A DNA stretch of 63,667 bases, filler included, from Bacteroidales bacterium (GTDB lineage: Bacteria; Bacteroidota; Bacteroidia; Bacteroidales; CAIWKO01), in assembly GCA_035389045.1 (NCBI GenBank). It is 7 parts of 5 records of this genome, joined end to end, with 100 filler letters (N's around TTAATTAATTAA, not from the genome) between each part and the next. Parts side by side here need not be neighbours in the genome. Positions count along the whole stretch, not along the records: positions 26,107 to 41,062 come from DAOORA010000002.1; positions 41,163 to 43,294 come from DAOORA010000004.1; positions 43,395 to 51,483 come from DAOORA010000005.1; 4 more parts are not named here. One strand, 5' to 3'. Position numbers and translations under genes: made by a program. The notes under the pieces were generated by a model. That model saw only the letters and a program-made list of their open reading frames with translations, searched no databases and was not told where the DNA came from. This document shows, in pieces, positions 39,545 through 49,036 of this stretch. The stretch's first letter is position 1; every line of letters begins with the position of its first letter.

Positions 39545-40156
39545 ATGAAAAAAGACCGCAGCTATTTCTGGCCCAGTTTCACGGATTTAATGACAACATT
39601 ATTTTTTGTCATGCTTGTATTGTATGTATTGACATTTATTAAACTTAAAATTCAGCAACGGGCCACCGAGGCACAACTTGCAAAAATTCTAGAAATACAA
39701 GATGCTGTTAAACAATTAGACACTACATATTTTTCTTATGATTCTGTATATAAACGCTACCAATTAAAAAGGAAAATAAATTTTCCGAAAGGAGAGCCTT
39801 CTGTGAATGCTCTTCCCGCAGATGACCTGACACACCTGATTCAAGTTGGCAGCTCTATAAAAAAATTAGTCGAAAACCTGGAGGCAAAATCCGCCGGGAA
39901 AGACATAAAGTATGTCTTAATAATAGAAGGCATGGCTTCAAAAGATAATTATCCGGACAACGACATATTATCATACCGCAGAGCACTTTCTTTGAAAAAT
40001 TATTGGAAGGACGTTGCTCGAATACCCGATACGTCAATGTTCGAAATACAGGTATCAGGATCGGGTACTGGTGGCATTGGCCGATATCCTTCTCATGAAG
40101 AGGAAAAGAATCAGCAGATATTAATACAAATAATTCCTAAAATTGGAAAGATCTGA
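39545..40156 (+). CDS. ZorB/MotB-like protein (TM with conserved Asp plus OmpA-like domain)
   Basis: FWPSFTDLMTTLFFVML; OmpA-like INF...IIEGMAS...NDILSYRRALS. Confidence 0.85.
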   Translation: MKKDRSYFWPSFTDLMTTLFFVMLVLYVLTFIKLKIQQRATEAQLAKILEIQDAVKQLDTTYFSYDSVYKRYQLKRKINFPKGEPSVNALPADDLTHLIQVGSSIKKLVENLEAKSAGKDIKYVLIIEGMASKDNYPDNDILSYRRALSLKNYWKDVARIPDTSMFEIQVSGSGTGGIGRYPSHEEEKNQQILIQIIPKIGKI

Positions 40157-40174
40157 TATAGCTGCTCCGGCAAG

Positions 40175-40594
40175 CTATTCAATAATATATTTTCTTGTAT
40201 CACACTGATTGCCATCAAACAGAGTAATGCTGAGTGTCATGGGGGGCAGGCTGTCGTCAAGACAGATATTTCCTTTCCAGTTTCCTTCAGCATCTACAAT
40301 ATAACTGCCTTGTGGTTTCCAACGGAATGTCTGAATATCAAGTGTTATTTCCGCACCAGCTAATGACTGGTCAACTTTTCCTGCGATTTCATAACAATTG
40401 GTTTGTGCATCTTCAGTCACTTTGGCTGTATTGATCCAGTCCTGAATGTTAGGGTCGGACCATTTTACATTACCATCAATGGCCGGCGATATCAAATTGA
40501 TACGTGCAGGTTGTTTTTGGGGGCGGTAATTCCCGCAACTATCGTAAAGCAGTATAACAAATAATAAGATTAAAAAAAACTTGAGTTTTGTCAT
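40175..40594 (-). CDS. Hypothetical lipoprotein
   Basis: Signal MTKLKFFLILLFVILLYDS-C; beta-rich mature part. Confidence 0.6.
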   Translation of the reverse strand: MTKLKFFLILLFVILLYDSCGNYRPQKQPARINLISPAIDGNVKWSDPNIQDWINTAKVTEDAQTNCYEIAGKVDQSLAGAEITLDIQTFRWKPQGSYIVDAEGNWKGNICLDDSLPPMTLSITLFDGNQCDTRKYIIE

Positions 40595-40627
40595 AATAGT
40601 ATATTCTCCCGGATTATTATATAATAA

Positions 40628-40855
40628 TTATTTATAAGTTCGTAATGAATCGACTAAAAACATTCCTTTGGGGTTTTTACCGGCATCAGAAACCAGGTTA
40701 ATTTCGTAAGCAGCTATATTTTTCAAATTTAACGCTCCGTCGCTATATCTTGATCCTTGCCCATACGAAAGCTCGAAATCATCAAAAGGTATTTGTATCC
40801 TTATCCATTCACCATTATTATCGGCTAATATTTTCTTATCACAATCTTTTACCAT
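40628..40855 (-). CDS. Short CBM11/CIA30-like fragment (possible remnant)
   Basis: WIRIQIPFDDF...LNLKNI...GMFLVDSL resembles the C-terminal half of a galactose-binding-like domain; a stop lies 15 codons upstream of the ATG. Confidence 0.4.
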   Translation of the reverse strand: MVKDCDKKILADNNGEWIRIQIPFDDFELSYGQGSRYSDGALNLKNIAAYEINLVSDAGKNPKGMFLVDSLRTYK

Positions 40856-41062
40856 TGCTGCTTGCAGAAATAATATTGTTTTTTGTTTGATGTTATTAAT
40901 TTATCACAATTTTATTATGAACCTTTCCTTTTTTTGAATTTTTAAGAATCTGATTAGATAAATTATTTAGTGAAGTATCTTCTTTGATGTTTTCGTCATT
41001 GATTATCATCTTCATCTGAACGCCTTTGGTGTTAAAAGGATCCACACTTGCTACCTTTTTAA

Positions 41063-41162
41063 NNNNNNNNNNNNNNNNNNNNNNNNNNNNNNNNNNNNNN
41101 NNNNNNTTAATTAATTAANNNNNNNNNNNNNNNNNNNNNNNNNNNNNNNNNNNNNNNNNNNN
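41063..41162. other. Artificial contig linker
   Basis: 44 N + TTAATTAATTAA + 44 N. Confidence 0.97.
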
Positions 41163-41163
41163 C

Positions 41164-43143
41164 AGCAATGCCACAGCGGAACAGATCAGGGCTGCCATTG
41201 AAAAGATCAACTCAATGGGCTATCATACCAGAACTGATGACGAGGAAAACCTGCCTCACAAAATATATGGCCTGAGCACTATCGAACGGAAGTTCTATTT
41301 TTCTTTATTTTTTACGGTTCCGTTGCTGGCCGCTATGTTTATTCCGCTGAATTTTATGCATAATCCATTTTTTCAGCTAACAATGTGTATTCCAGTATAT
41401 GTTGCCGGCATATGGTATTTCGGTAAAAGTGCATATCACTCGGTGCGTTCCGGCGTTCCCAATATGGATGTGCTGATAACGCTGGGATCATCGGCAGCAT
41501 TTTTTTACAGCCTCACCGGCACATTACTCAATCTGGGCCATGAATATCAGTTTTACGAAACTGCAGCCGGCATCATCAGTCTGATATTTCTGGGAAACAT
41601 GCTGGAACACCGTTCGGTGCGCAAAACAACAAGTTCGATTAACGATCTTGTGAAGATGCAGAAAACTATCGCTAAAGTTGTCACTGTAGTAAATAATACA
41701 GAAAAAATAACAGAAACTGAGGTATCAAAAATAAAAGCCGGCGACATTTTACTTGTCAATTCCGGCGATAAAATCGCAACCGACGGTGAAATTATTCAGG
41801 GGGAGGGAATCGTTGATGAATCGCTGGTTACAGGTGAAAGTCTGCCCGTAAACAAAAGCACCGGAGATCCGGTGGTCGGAGGCACTATTCTATGTTCGGG
41901 AATTATCAGGGTAAAAACCACGGCTGTTGGCGAAAAATCCGTGATGGGGAAGATCATAGAGCTTGTCAGAAATGCCCAGCAGGACAAGCCTAAGCTGCAG
42001 ACATTAGCCGATAAAATAAGTGCGGTATTTGTTCCCGCAGTAGTAATATTATCCCTGTTGACTTTTGTCGTCAACTTTTTTGGTTTCGAAATCGGATTCA
42101 AATATTCCCTGCTCAGAAGTATCGCCGTGCTGGTAATCGCATGTCCCTGCGCCCTGGGTCTGGCTATCCCCACGGCAGTGGTGGTTGGAATAGGCAGGGT
42201 GGCACGGCAGGGAATTCTGATAAAAGGCGCCGGCACCATGCAAAAAATTACTTCCCTGAAAAACATTGCTTTTGATAAAACAGGAACACTCACTACCGGA
42301 AAATTTGTCATCAAAGAACTTAAAACCTTCGGGATCAGCATGCAGGAAGCCCGTTCACTGCTGTACTCTATGGAAAAGTATTCATCACATCCCATTTCAG
42401 TTTCTATCCTCAGTGAACTTGAGGGAGAAACAGCTATAAAACTGCTTGATATTGAAGAAATTAAAGGTAAGGGAATCATTGCCAAAGACAACAAAGAAAA
42501 TCGTTACATGGCTGGGTCTTTTCGTATGGCAGGCAATGTAACCCATGAAGATCAACATGACGTGTACCTGGTAAAAAATGACCAAATAATTGCCACTGTA
42601 GATCTTAAAGATGAAATCAGGCCGGAAGCAAAAGAAACCATAGCTTTTTTCAGATCAAAAGGTATCCGTACTCTTTTACTTAGCGGAGACAGGCAACAAA
42701 AATGCGATGAACTGGCCAGCTCACTCGGAATGGATGAAGTGTTTGCAGAAAAACTCCCGGCAGAAAAACTTACCCTTATTGAACGTTTAGACCAGTCCGG
42801 CGGTGTGATAATGGTGGGTGATGGAATCAATGATGCTCCTGCCCTTTCAAGGGCTACGGTGGGCGTTTCGCTGGGTAATGCAACCCAGATAGCCGTAAAA
42901 TCAGCACAGGTAGTGTTACTAAACGGAAAACTGAATTTGCTTCCACAGGCATACCTTATCAGTAAAAACACCATGACCGTCATAAAACAAAATCTTTTCT
43001 GGGCATTTATCTATAATGTCATCGCAATTCCTTTAGCTGCATCAGGATTATTAAATCCGATGATAGCTGCGGCATCCATGGCGCTGTCGGATGTATTTGT
43101 GGTCATGAACTCGTTAAGGTTAAGGACCAAAAAACTCAGGTAA
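41164..43143 (+). CDS. copA: Heavy-metal P1B-type ATPase, Cu(I)-type, 5'-truncated
   Basis: NMDVL, TGES, ACPCALGLAIP, DKTGTLT, SHP, GDGINDAPAL; YN and MxxS TM motifs; the frame is open back to the contig edge. Confidence 0.9.
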   Translation, partial: SNATAEQIRAAIEKINSMGYHTRTDDEENLPHKIYGLSTIERKFYFSLFFTVPLLAAMFIPLNFMHNPFFQLTMCIPVYVAGIWYFGKSAYHSVRSGVPNMDVLITLGSSAAFFYSLTGTLLNLGHEYQFYETAAGIISLIFLGNMLEHRSVRKTTSSINDLVKMQKTIAKVVTVVNNTEKITETEVSKIKAGDILLVNSGDKIATDGEIIQGEGIVDESLVTGESLPVNKSTGDPVVGGTILCSGIIRVKTTAVGEKSVMGKIIELVRNAQQDKPKLQTLADKISAVFVPAVVILSLLTFVVNFFGFEIGFKYSLLRSIAVLVIACPCALGLAIPTAVVVGIGRVARQGILIKGAGTMQKITSLKNIAFDKTGTLTTGKFVIKELKTFGISMQEARSLLYSMEKYSSHPISVSILSELEGETAIKLLDIEEIKGKGIIAKDNKENRYMAGSFRMAGNVTHEDQHDVYLVKNDQIIATVDLKDEIRPEAKETIAFFRSKGIRTLLLSGDRQQKCDELASSLGMDEVFAEKLPAEKLTLIERLDQSGGVIMVGDGINDAPALSRATVGVSLGNATQIAVKSAQVVLLNGKLNLLPQAYLISKNTMTVIKQNLFWAFIYNVIAIPLAASGLLNPMIAAASMALSDVFVVMNSLRLRTKKLR

Positions 43144-43294
43144 AAAGAGGAGCAATATTTCCTCCTTTCTGCGCAAATCTGCGTTCCGCCGAGGCGGACT
43201 ACGGGAAATTCTTTCTCTTGCAGGCGCAAAGTTTTTTATACTTTTTTAGAAACTGTTTTGATTTTATGTTACATAAGATTTATGATGGATTTTT

Positions 43295-43394
43295 NNNNNN
43301 NNNNNNNNNNNNNNNNNNNNNNNNNNNNNNNNNNNNNNTTAATTAATTAANNNNNNNNNNNNNNNNNNNNNNNNNNNNNNNNNNNNNNNNNNNN
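43295..43394. other. Artificial contig linker
   Basis: 44 N + TTAATTAATTAA + 44 N. Confidence 0.97.
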
Positions 43395-43524
43395 ATGAGG
43401 GTGTCTCAATAAGTAGTTTTATATCCTGTATCATAAAAAATGTTAAATAAAAAAACATTTGGAATGATATAAAAATTTTATAATATTTTTGTTCTGACCA
43501 TATTAACTATAAAAATTGAAAAAC

Positions 43525-44211
43525 ATGAAAAAACTTGTTGCAGAATTTATCGGTACCTTATGGCTGGTTCTTGGAGGATGCGGCAGCGCAGTGCTGGCAG
43601 CTGCTTACCCTGAACTCGGCATTGGTTTTGTTGGTGTTGCCATTGCTTTCGGGCTTACGGTACTCACCATGGTCTATGCTATCGGGCATATTTCGGGTTG
43701 TCATCTCAATCCGGCTGTTTCGCTGGGGTTATGGATTGCGGGACGTTTCGATAAAAAAGAATTGATACCATATATTGTAGCACAGGTGCTGGGTGGTATC
43801 ACGGGTGCAGCTATTCTGTATCTTATGGCCAGTGGTAAAGAAGGTTTTGAAACCGGAGGCTTTGCATCGAATGGTTACGGTGCATTATCTCCCGGCGGTT
43901 ACGATATGCTCTCGGCCATGATCACAGAAATAGTGATGACGTTTATGTTCCTGATCATCATCCTAGGCGCCACGCACCCCAAGGCGCCAAAAGGATTTGC
44001 AGGTATCGCCATTGGCTTGGGGCTTACTTTGATACATTTAATCAGTATTCCGGTCACCAATACATCGGTAAATCCGGCCCGCAGCACCAGCCAGGCTATC
44101 TTTGCAGGCGGCGACGCTATGGGGCAGTTGTGGCTTTTCTGGCTGGCGCCTCTTGTGGGAGCCATGCTGGCCGGCATAGTATACAAGCTCGTTTTTGCCG
44201 AAAAAGAATAA
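43525..44211 (+). CDS. aqpZ: Aquaporin Z
   Basis: [31 protein letters not shown] and [12 protein letters not shown] motifs. Confidence 0.97.
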   Translation: MKKLVAEFIGTLWLVLGGCGSAVLAAAYPELGIGFVGVAIAFGLTVLTMVYAIGHISGCHLNPAVSLGLWIAGRFDKKELIPYIVAQVLGGITGAAILYLMASGKEGFETGGFASNGYGALSPGGYDMLSAMITEIVMTFMFLIIILGATHPKAPKGFAGIAIGLGLTLIHLISIPVTNTSVNPARSTSQAIFAGGDAMGQLWLFWLAPLVGAMLAGIVYKLVFAEKE

Positions 44212-44232
44212 TATTTCGTTGTAAGATTTTTT

Positions 44233-44274
44233 ATAATGACCAACTCAATTTTATTTGGGTTGGTCATTATTTTT
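44233..44274 (+). terminator. Stem-loop terminator after aqpZ
   Basis: ataatgaccaactcaa...ttgggttggtcattat followed by tttt. Confidence 0.65.
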
Positions 44275-44305
44275 GTGCTAATTTTGCCAAAAAAACAGAT
44301 GTAAT

Positions 44306-45493
44306 ATGAATATTTCCGTACAAAAAATCAGAGAATTATCAGAAAAGTATCAGGATTATACAGCAGATAATCTTTCAGCGCTAATCAAAGCCAAGTCCCT
44401 CAGCGGACAGGAAAAAGCAGTGGCACAGGTATTAAGCGCTCAGATGAAACAGGCCGGTTTTGACGAAGTTAGTATCGATGGCCTCGGTAATGTTATCGGG
44501 CGTATCGGAAACGGGAAAAAGATCCTGGCTATTGACGGGCATATCGACACCGTTGACATCGGCAACATGGCCAACTGGTCGTTCGATCCGTTGAACGGCC
44601 TGATAAAAGAGGGCTTTGTTCACGGGCGAGGCACGGTTGACCAGAAAGGCGGCCCTGCAGCTTTTGTTACTGCTGGCAGGATATTAAAAGAACTGGGGCC
44701 CGGCAACGACATGACCCTTTACTGTGTCGGCAGTGTTATGGAAGAAGACTGTGACGGGCTCTGCTGGAAATATATCATCGAGGAAGACAAGATTGTTCCC
44801 GATGTAGTCATCAGTACCGAACCCACTAACCTGAAGATATACCGCGGACACCGCGGGCGCATGGAGATTGAAATAACTTTTAAAGGCGTATCATCCCATG
44901 GCTCTGCACCGGAACGGGGTAAAAATGCCATTTATATGGCATCGCGTGTTTGCCTGGAAATTGAAAAACTCAACGAACGTCTTGCCTTTGATGAATTTTT
45001 AGGTAAAGGAACGGTTGCTCTGTCAGAGTTTGTATCGGGAAGCCCTTCGTTGTGTGCGGTGGCTGATTATGCAAAGATCCATCTCGACCGCCGTTTGACA
45101 TGGGGAGAGACCAAAGAATCGGCCATGCAGGAAATCAGGGAGATTATCAAAGATATGGATGCTGTCGCCGAAATACTTTATTATGACGGAACGGCATATA
45201 CAGGCCTGAATTATGGCATGGAAAAATATTACCCGACCTGGAAAATTGAAGAAAGCCACAACGCAGTACAGACAGGTATTAACGCGTATCAGCAGCTTTA
45301 TGATCAAAAACCTGTCATCGACAAATGGACCTTCTCAACCAACGGAGTCACCATCAACGGGATGTACAAAATACCTGTGATCGGATTCGGTCCCGGTAAT
45401 GAGGTGCTTGCCCACGCACCCAACGAAAAAGTGGCGGTCAGCGACCTGGTCACAGCTTCGGCATTTTATGCAGCTTACGCATCATCATTTTAA
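44306..45493 (+). CDS. ygeY: YgeY family M20 hydrolase
   Basis: DGHIDTV, GRGTVDQKGG, MEEDCDGLCW, IYRGHRGRME, WTFSTNGV, AHAPNE; own TAATTTTG element at 44279-44286. Confidence 0.93.
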   Translation: MNISVQKIRELSEKYQDYTADNLSALIKAKSLSGQEKAVAQVLSAQMKQAGFDEVSIDGLGNVIGRIGNGKKILAIDGHIDTVDIGNMANWSFDPLNGLIKEGFVHGRGTVDQKGGPAAFVTAGRILKELGPGNDMTLYCVGSVMEEDCDGLCWKYIIEEDKIVPDVVISTEPTNLKIYRGHRGRMEIEITFKGVSSHGSAPERGKNAIYMASRVCLEIEKLNERLAFDEFLGKGTVALSEFVSGSPSLCAVADYAKIHLDRRLTWGETKESAMQEIREIIKDMDAVAEILYYDGTAYTGLNYGMEKYYPTWKIEESHNAVQTGINAYQQLYDQKPVIDKWTFSTNGVTINGMYKIPVIGFGPGNEVLAHAPNEKVAVSDLVTASAFYAAYASSF

Positions 45494-45504
45494 AAATATA
45501 TAAT

Positions 45505-46695
45505 ATGGAAAAAATTCAGGATTTAATTAATGAAATAAAAAGATTTAAAACATCTTTATATGCTAAAGATTTTTTGCTGACATGGGATAAAACATCGGAT
45601 GAACTGAATGTGATACTGCTGGTTGCCGAGGTATTAAAAGCCATGAGAGATCAGAACATCTCCCCGCGCCTCTTTGACTCCGGGCTGGCAATCTCCAATT
45701 TTCGTGACAACTCCACCCGTACCCGCTTTTCTTTTGCTTCGGCATGTAACATGCTGGGAATGGCCGTGCAGGACCTTGACGAGACCAAGTCGCAGATTGC
45801 CCATGGCGAAACCGTCAGGGAAACTGCCAATATGATTTCCTTTCTTTCCGATGTCATCGGCATCCGCGACGACATGTTTCTAGGCAAGGGACATACCTAT
45901 ATGCTTGAGGTGGCCAAAGCCCTTGACGACGGTTTTAAGCACAAGGTACTCCCCTGCCGTCCGGCTATCGTCAACCTGCAATGCGATATAGACCATCCTA
46001 CCCAGTCCATGGCTGACCTGCTGCATCTGAAAAAGCATTTCGGATCGCTCGAAAACCTCAGAGGGAAAAAAATAGCGATGACCTGGGCCTATTCACCAAG
46101 CTACGGAAAACCCTTGTCGGTGCCACAAGGCATCATCGGTTTGATGTCAAGGTTTGGCATGCATGTAGAACTCGCACACCCTGAAGGTTATGACCTGATA
46201 CCTGAAGTGATGGACATAGCCTTTAAAAATGCCCTTGAAAGCGGCGGAAGTTTTAAAGTCGTGAAAAACATGGATACAGCTTTTAAAAATGCTGATATCG
46301 TTTACCCCAAAAGCTGGGCGCCCTATTCCGTGATGCAAAAACGTACAGAACTCCTCCTCAGCGGCGATGCTGAGGGACTGAAAACCCTGGAAAAACAATG
46401 TCTCGCCAACAATGCCAAACACAAAGACTGGGAATGTAATAAAGAAAACATGAAGCATACCAAAGAGGGCAAAGCGTTGTACATGCATTGTTTACCGGCC
46501 GATATTTCAGGGGTATCCTGTAAAGAAGGCGAAGTGGAAAAATCTGTTTTTGAAAAGTACCGCATTCCGACCTATATCGAAGCAGGATTTAAACCCTATA
46601 TCATTTCGGCTATGATACTGACCAGCCTGTTTAAAAACGTGCCTAAAACATTAGAAGACGTTTTTAATAAAAATGTTTTGCGCCGGCAGTTATAA
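45505..46695 (+). CDS. ygeW: Knotted carbamoyltransferase YgeW
   Basis: FRDNSTRTRFSF, HGETVRETANMIS, NLQCDIDHPTQ, WAYSPSYGKPLSVPQG, YMHCLPADI. Confidence 0.95.
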   Translation: MEKIQDLINEIKRFKTSLYAKDFLLTWDKTSDELNVILLVAEVLKAMRDQNISPRLFDSGLAISNFRDNSTRTRFSFASACNMLGMAVQDLDETKSQIAHGETVRETANMISFLSDVIGIRDDMFLGKGHTYMLEVAKALDDGFKHKVLPCRPAIVNLQCDIDHPTQSMADLLHLKKHFGSLENLRGKKIAMTWAYSPSYGKPLSVPQGIIGLMSRFGMHVELAHPEGYDLIPEVMDIAFKNALESGGSFKVVKNMDTAFKNADIVYPKSWAPYSVMQKRTELLLSGDAEGLKTLEKQCLANNAKHKDWECNKENMKHTKEGKALYMHCLPADISGVSCKEGEVEKSVFEKYRIPTYIEAGFKPYIISAMILTSLFKNVPKTLEDVFNKNVLRRQL

Positions 46696-46768
46696 GCATC
46701 ATCTGCCATAATTCCCTGCCAGCATTTAACTTGCGCATACTATATTCGGATTTTAATCAGATAGAAGT

Positions 46769-46804
46769 AATCGGTCAGCCTACAAACTGACCGATTCTTA
46801 TTTT
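46769..46804 (+). terminator. Stem-loop terminator after ygeW
   Basis: aatcggtcag-cctacaaa-ctgaccgatt followed by cttatttt. Confidence 0.6.
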
Positions 46805-47034
46805 GTCATTGAATTTCAATGTTTTTTAGGGTTTTGTCAAAGCAGAACAATGCGGTTGAACCGTATTATGATTTGTTTAATACCTGGTATGTATATTCGT
46901 TGTATATAAATGCTTTTTTATATTTAGGCGTTCAGGTACGTTAAAAATATTTTTTTATGTAAGTTTGCATTGAATTTCATATCTTTGCATTAATATTCAA
47001 ATACACATTCCATTAACCTTTAAAAAGTTTTTTT

Positions 47035-48969
47035 ATGAGAAAAATGTTACTTTTTTTATTGCTTGTACTCCCTGTTATCAGCCTGAATGCGCAAATACCG
47101 GTGAGCACAACTCCTGAAAACAAAAATGTCATACTTGAAGAATTCACAGGTATACATTGCGGCTATTGTCCTCTGGGGCATAAAGTAGCAAGTACTATTA
47201 TGACATCCAATCCAAATAATGCTTACGTAATTGCCATTCACACGGGCAGTTATGCCACGCCCGATGCCGGGGAGCCAGATTACAGGACTTCATTCGGATC
47301 GGCTATTGCTTCACAATCGGATCTGACCGCTTACCCGGCAGGGACGGTAAACCGCCATGTTTTTTCGGGTATGGGACAATCATCAGGGGGAACAGCCATG
47401 TCGCGCACCAACTGGACTGCCGCTTCCACCACCATTCTGGGACAACCCTCCTATCTCAATGTTGGCGTGTCTGCCCAGGTAGATTATGTCACCAGGGTAC
47501 TTACCATTCACTGTCAGGTATATTACACCGGAAACAGCACGGTTACCACAAACAAATTAAATATTGCCATCCTGCAGAACAACATAAAAGGGCCACAATC
47601 GGGCTCAAGCGGCAATCCCACCATGGTCACTCCCGATGGTCAGTACCTGCACCAGCATATGCTCAGGCATATGTTGACCGGACAGTGGGGTGTTACCATA
47701 AAAAATACCAATACCGCATCGGGCACCCTGAAAGTAGACACCACCATCACGTACACTGTTCCCGCTGCTTACACCAGCGTGCCGGTTAATTTAGCCGAAC
47801 TTGAAATTATCGCCTTCGTATCCGAAGGCAACCAGGAAATTATTTCAGGAAGCGGATGCCTGATGAATCAGCCTGCCATTGACGCCTCTATAAGCTCTGT
47901 GTCGGGTTTACCATTATTGCATTGTTCCACAAATACTATTACGCCAACGGTGGTATTGAAAAACAAAGGTACGGATGTACTCACAAGTGCAATAATCAAT
48001 TATACCGTCGACGGAGGGGCTACCGTATCTCAAAACTGGTCAGGTTCCCTGGCGCCGGGAGCAACAACCAACGTCACGATCACCAACCCTATTACGCCGG
48101 CACAGGGATCACATGTGGTAAAATGTTTTACCACCATGCCCAACGGCGTAAACGACCTGAATGCCCTCAATGATGATTACTCCGCAACCTATAACGGGTT
48201 TCTGACCTTCAGCACAACGCCGGTAAACGAAGAATTTACCAGTACGTCATTTCCTCCTGCCGGCTGGGTGGTAGATGGTAATTATTGGGCCAGACATGCC
48301 ACTAGTTCTTTTGGTATCGGCACCGGATCGGCACGGATGAACTTTTATGCTGCTCAGACAGGCGTTGAAAATGATTTGTACATTTATGGACTTGATTTGT
48401 CGGGTGTTTCAACGTATCATCTTTCATTCGACCATGCCTATGCCCAGTACCAGTCCGGTTATGATGACAGGCTTCAGGTTCAGATATCAAATAACTGCGG
48501 ATCAAGCTGGACAAGCCTTTTCGACAAGGCAGGAAGTACCTTGTCAACAGCTCCGGCATCATCATCATCATTCACACCCACCTCCGGTCAATGGGCAACC
48601 AATACCATCAACCTAAGCTTCTTTGCCGGTCAGTCCGATTTAATTATCAGATTCCATGCAATCAGTGATTACGGAAACAATTTATTTATAGATAAAATAA
48701 ATACAGCAAGCGGAACCGGGCTCAGCGAAGCCGGCAATGATGACAACCTCATGATATACCCAAATCCCGCATATGATATTGTGACCATTCTTAATGCAGA
48801 AAATTCAGAAATGATGCTTTATGATGTTTATGGTAAATTAGTCACTTCAGAATATATTTTTGGTAATAATCATACGCTTAATGTTGACGCACTTGCCACC
48901 GGAACCTATATCCTGAAAATCATCCGCGGCGATAAGATCAGCAGTCAAAAAATATCGGTAATAAAATAA
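47035..48969 (+). CDS. Omp28-related T9SS-secreted protein (CxxC thioredoxin-like, CARDB-like and adhesin-like domains)
   Basis: LEEFTGIHCGYCP, YPAGTVNR, HQHMLRHML; CTD IYPNPA...GTYILKI...QKISVIK; TATCTTTG at 46980-46987. Confidence 0.88.
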   Translation: MRKMLLFLLLVLPVISLNAQIPVSTTPENKNVILEEFTGIHCGYCPLGHKVASTIMTSNPNNAYVIAIHTGSYATPDAGEPDYRTSFGSAIASQSDLTAYPAGTVNRHVFSGMGQSSGGTAMSRTNWTAASTTILGQPSYLNVGVSAQVDYVTRVLTIHCQVYYTGNSTVTTNKLNIAILQNNIKGPQSGSSGNPTMVTPDGQYLHQHMLRHMLTGQWGVTIKNTNTASGTLKVDTTITYTVPAAYTSVPVNLAELEIIAFVSEGNQEIISGSGCLMNQPAIDASISSVSGLPLLHCSTNTITPTVVLKNKGTDVLTSAIINYTVDGGATVSQNWSGSLAPGATTNVTITNPITPAQGSHVVKCFTTMPNGVNDLNALNDDYSATYNGFLTFSTTPVNEEFTSTSFPPAGWVVDGNYWARHATSSFGIGTGSARMNFYAAQTGVENDLYIYGLDLSGVSTYHLSFDHAYAQYQSGYDDRLQVQISNNCGSSWTSLFDKAGSTLSTAPASSSSFTPTSGQWATNTINLSFFAGQSDLIIRFHAISDYGNNLFIDKINTASGTGLSEAGNDDNLMIYPNPAYDIVTILNAENSEMMLYDVYGKLVTSEYIFGNNHTLNVDALATGTYILKIIRGDKISSQKISVIK

Positions 48970-48992
48970 TTCCGATTTTTTGGATAAAATAC

Positions 48993-49025
48993 AAAACCTC
49001 GTGGTAATTTTACCACGGGGTTTTT
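48993..49025 (+). terminator. Stem-loop terminator
   Basis: aaaacctcgtggta...taccacggggttttt. Confidence 0.7.
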
Positions 49026-49036
49026 ATTTATGTATT

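Noticed and set aside
37669..40156. Flagellar motAB, exbBD or gliding gldLM
   Set aside because: No flagellar, TonB or gld genes nearby; the long tail plus OmpA-type partner fits ZorAB-like architecture better.
25844..41062. AT-rich contig D as an island integrated at tRNA-Leu
   Set aside because: A linker separates the tRNA from contig D, and no integrase or att duplication is visible.
40896..41062. 3' end of a minus-strand gene at the edge of contig D
   Set aside because: About 55 open codons with no recognisable motif; too little to call.
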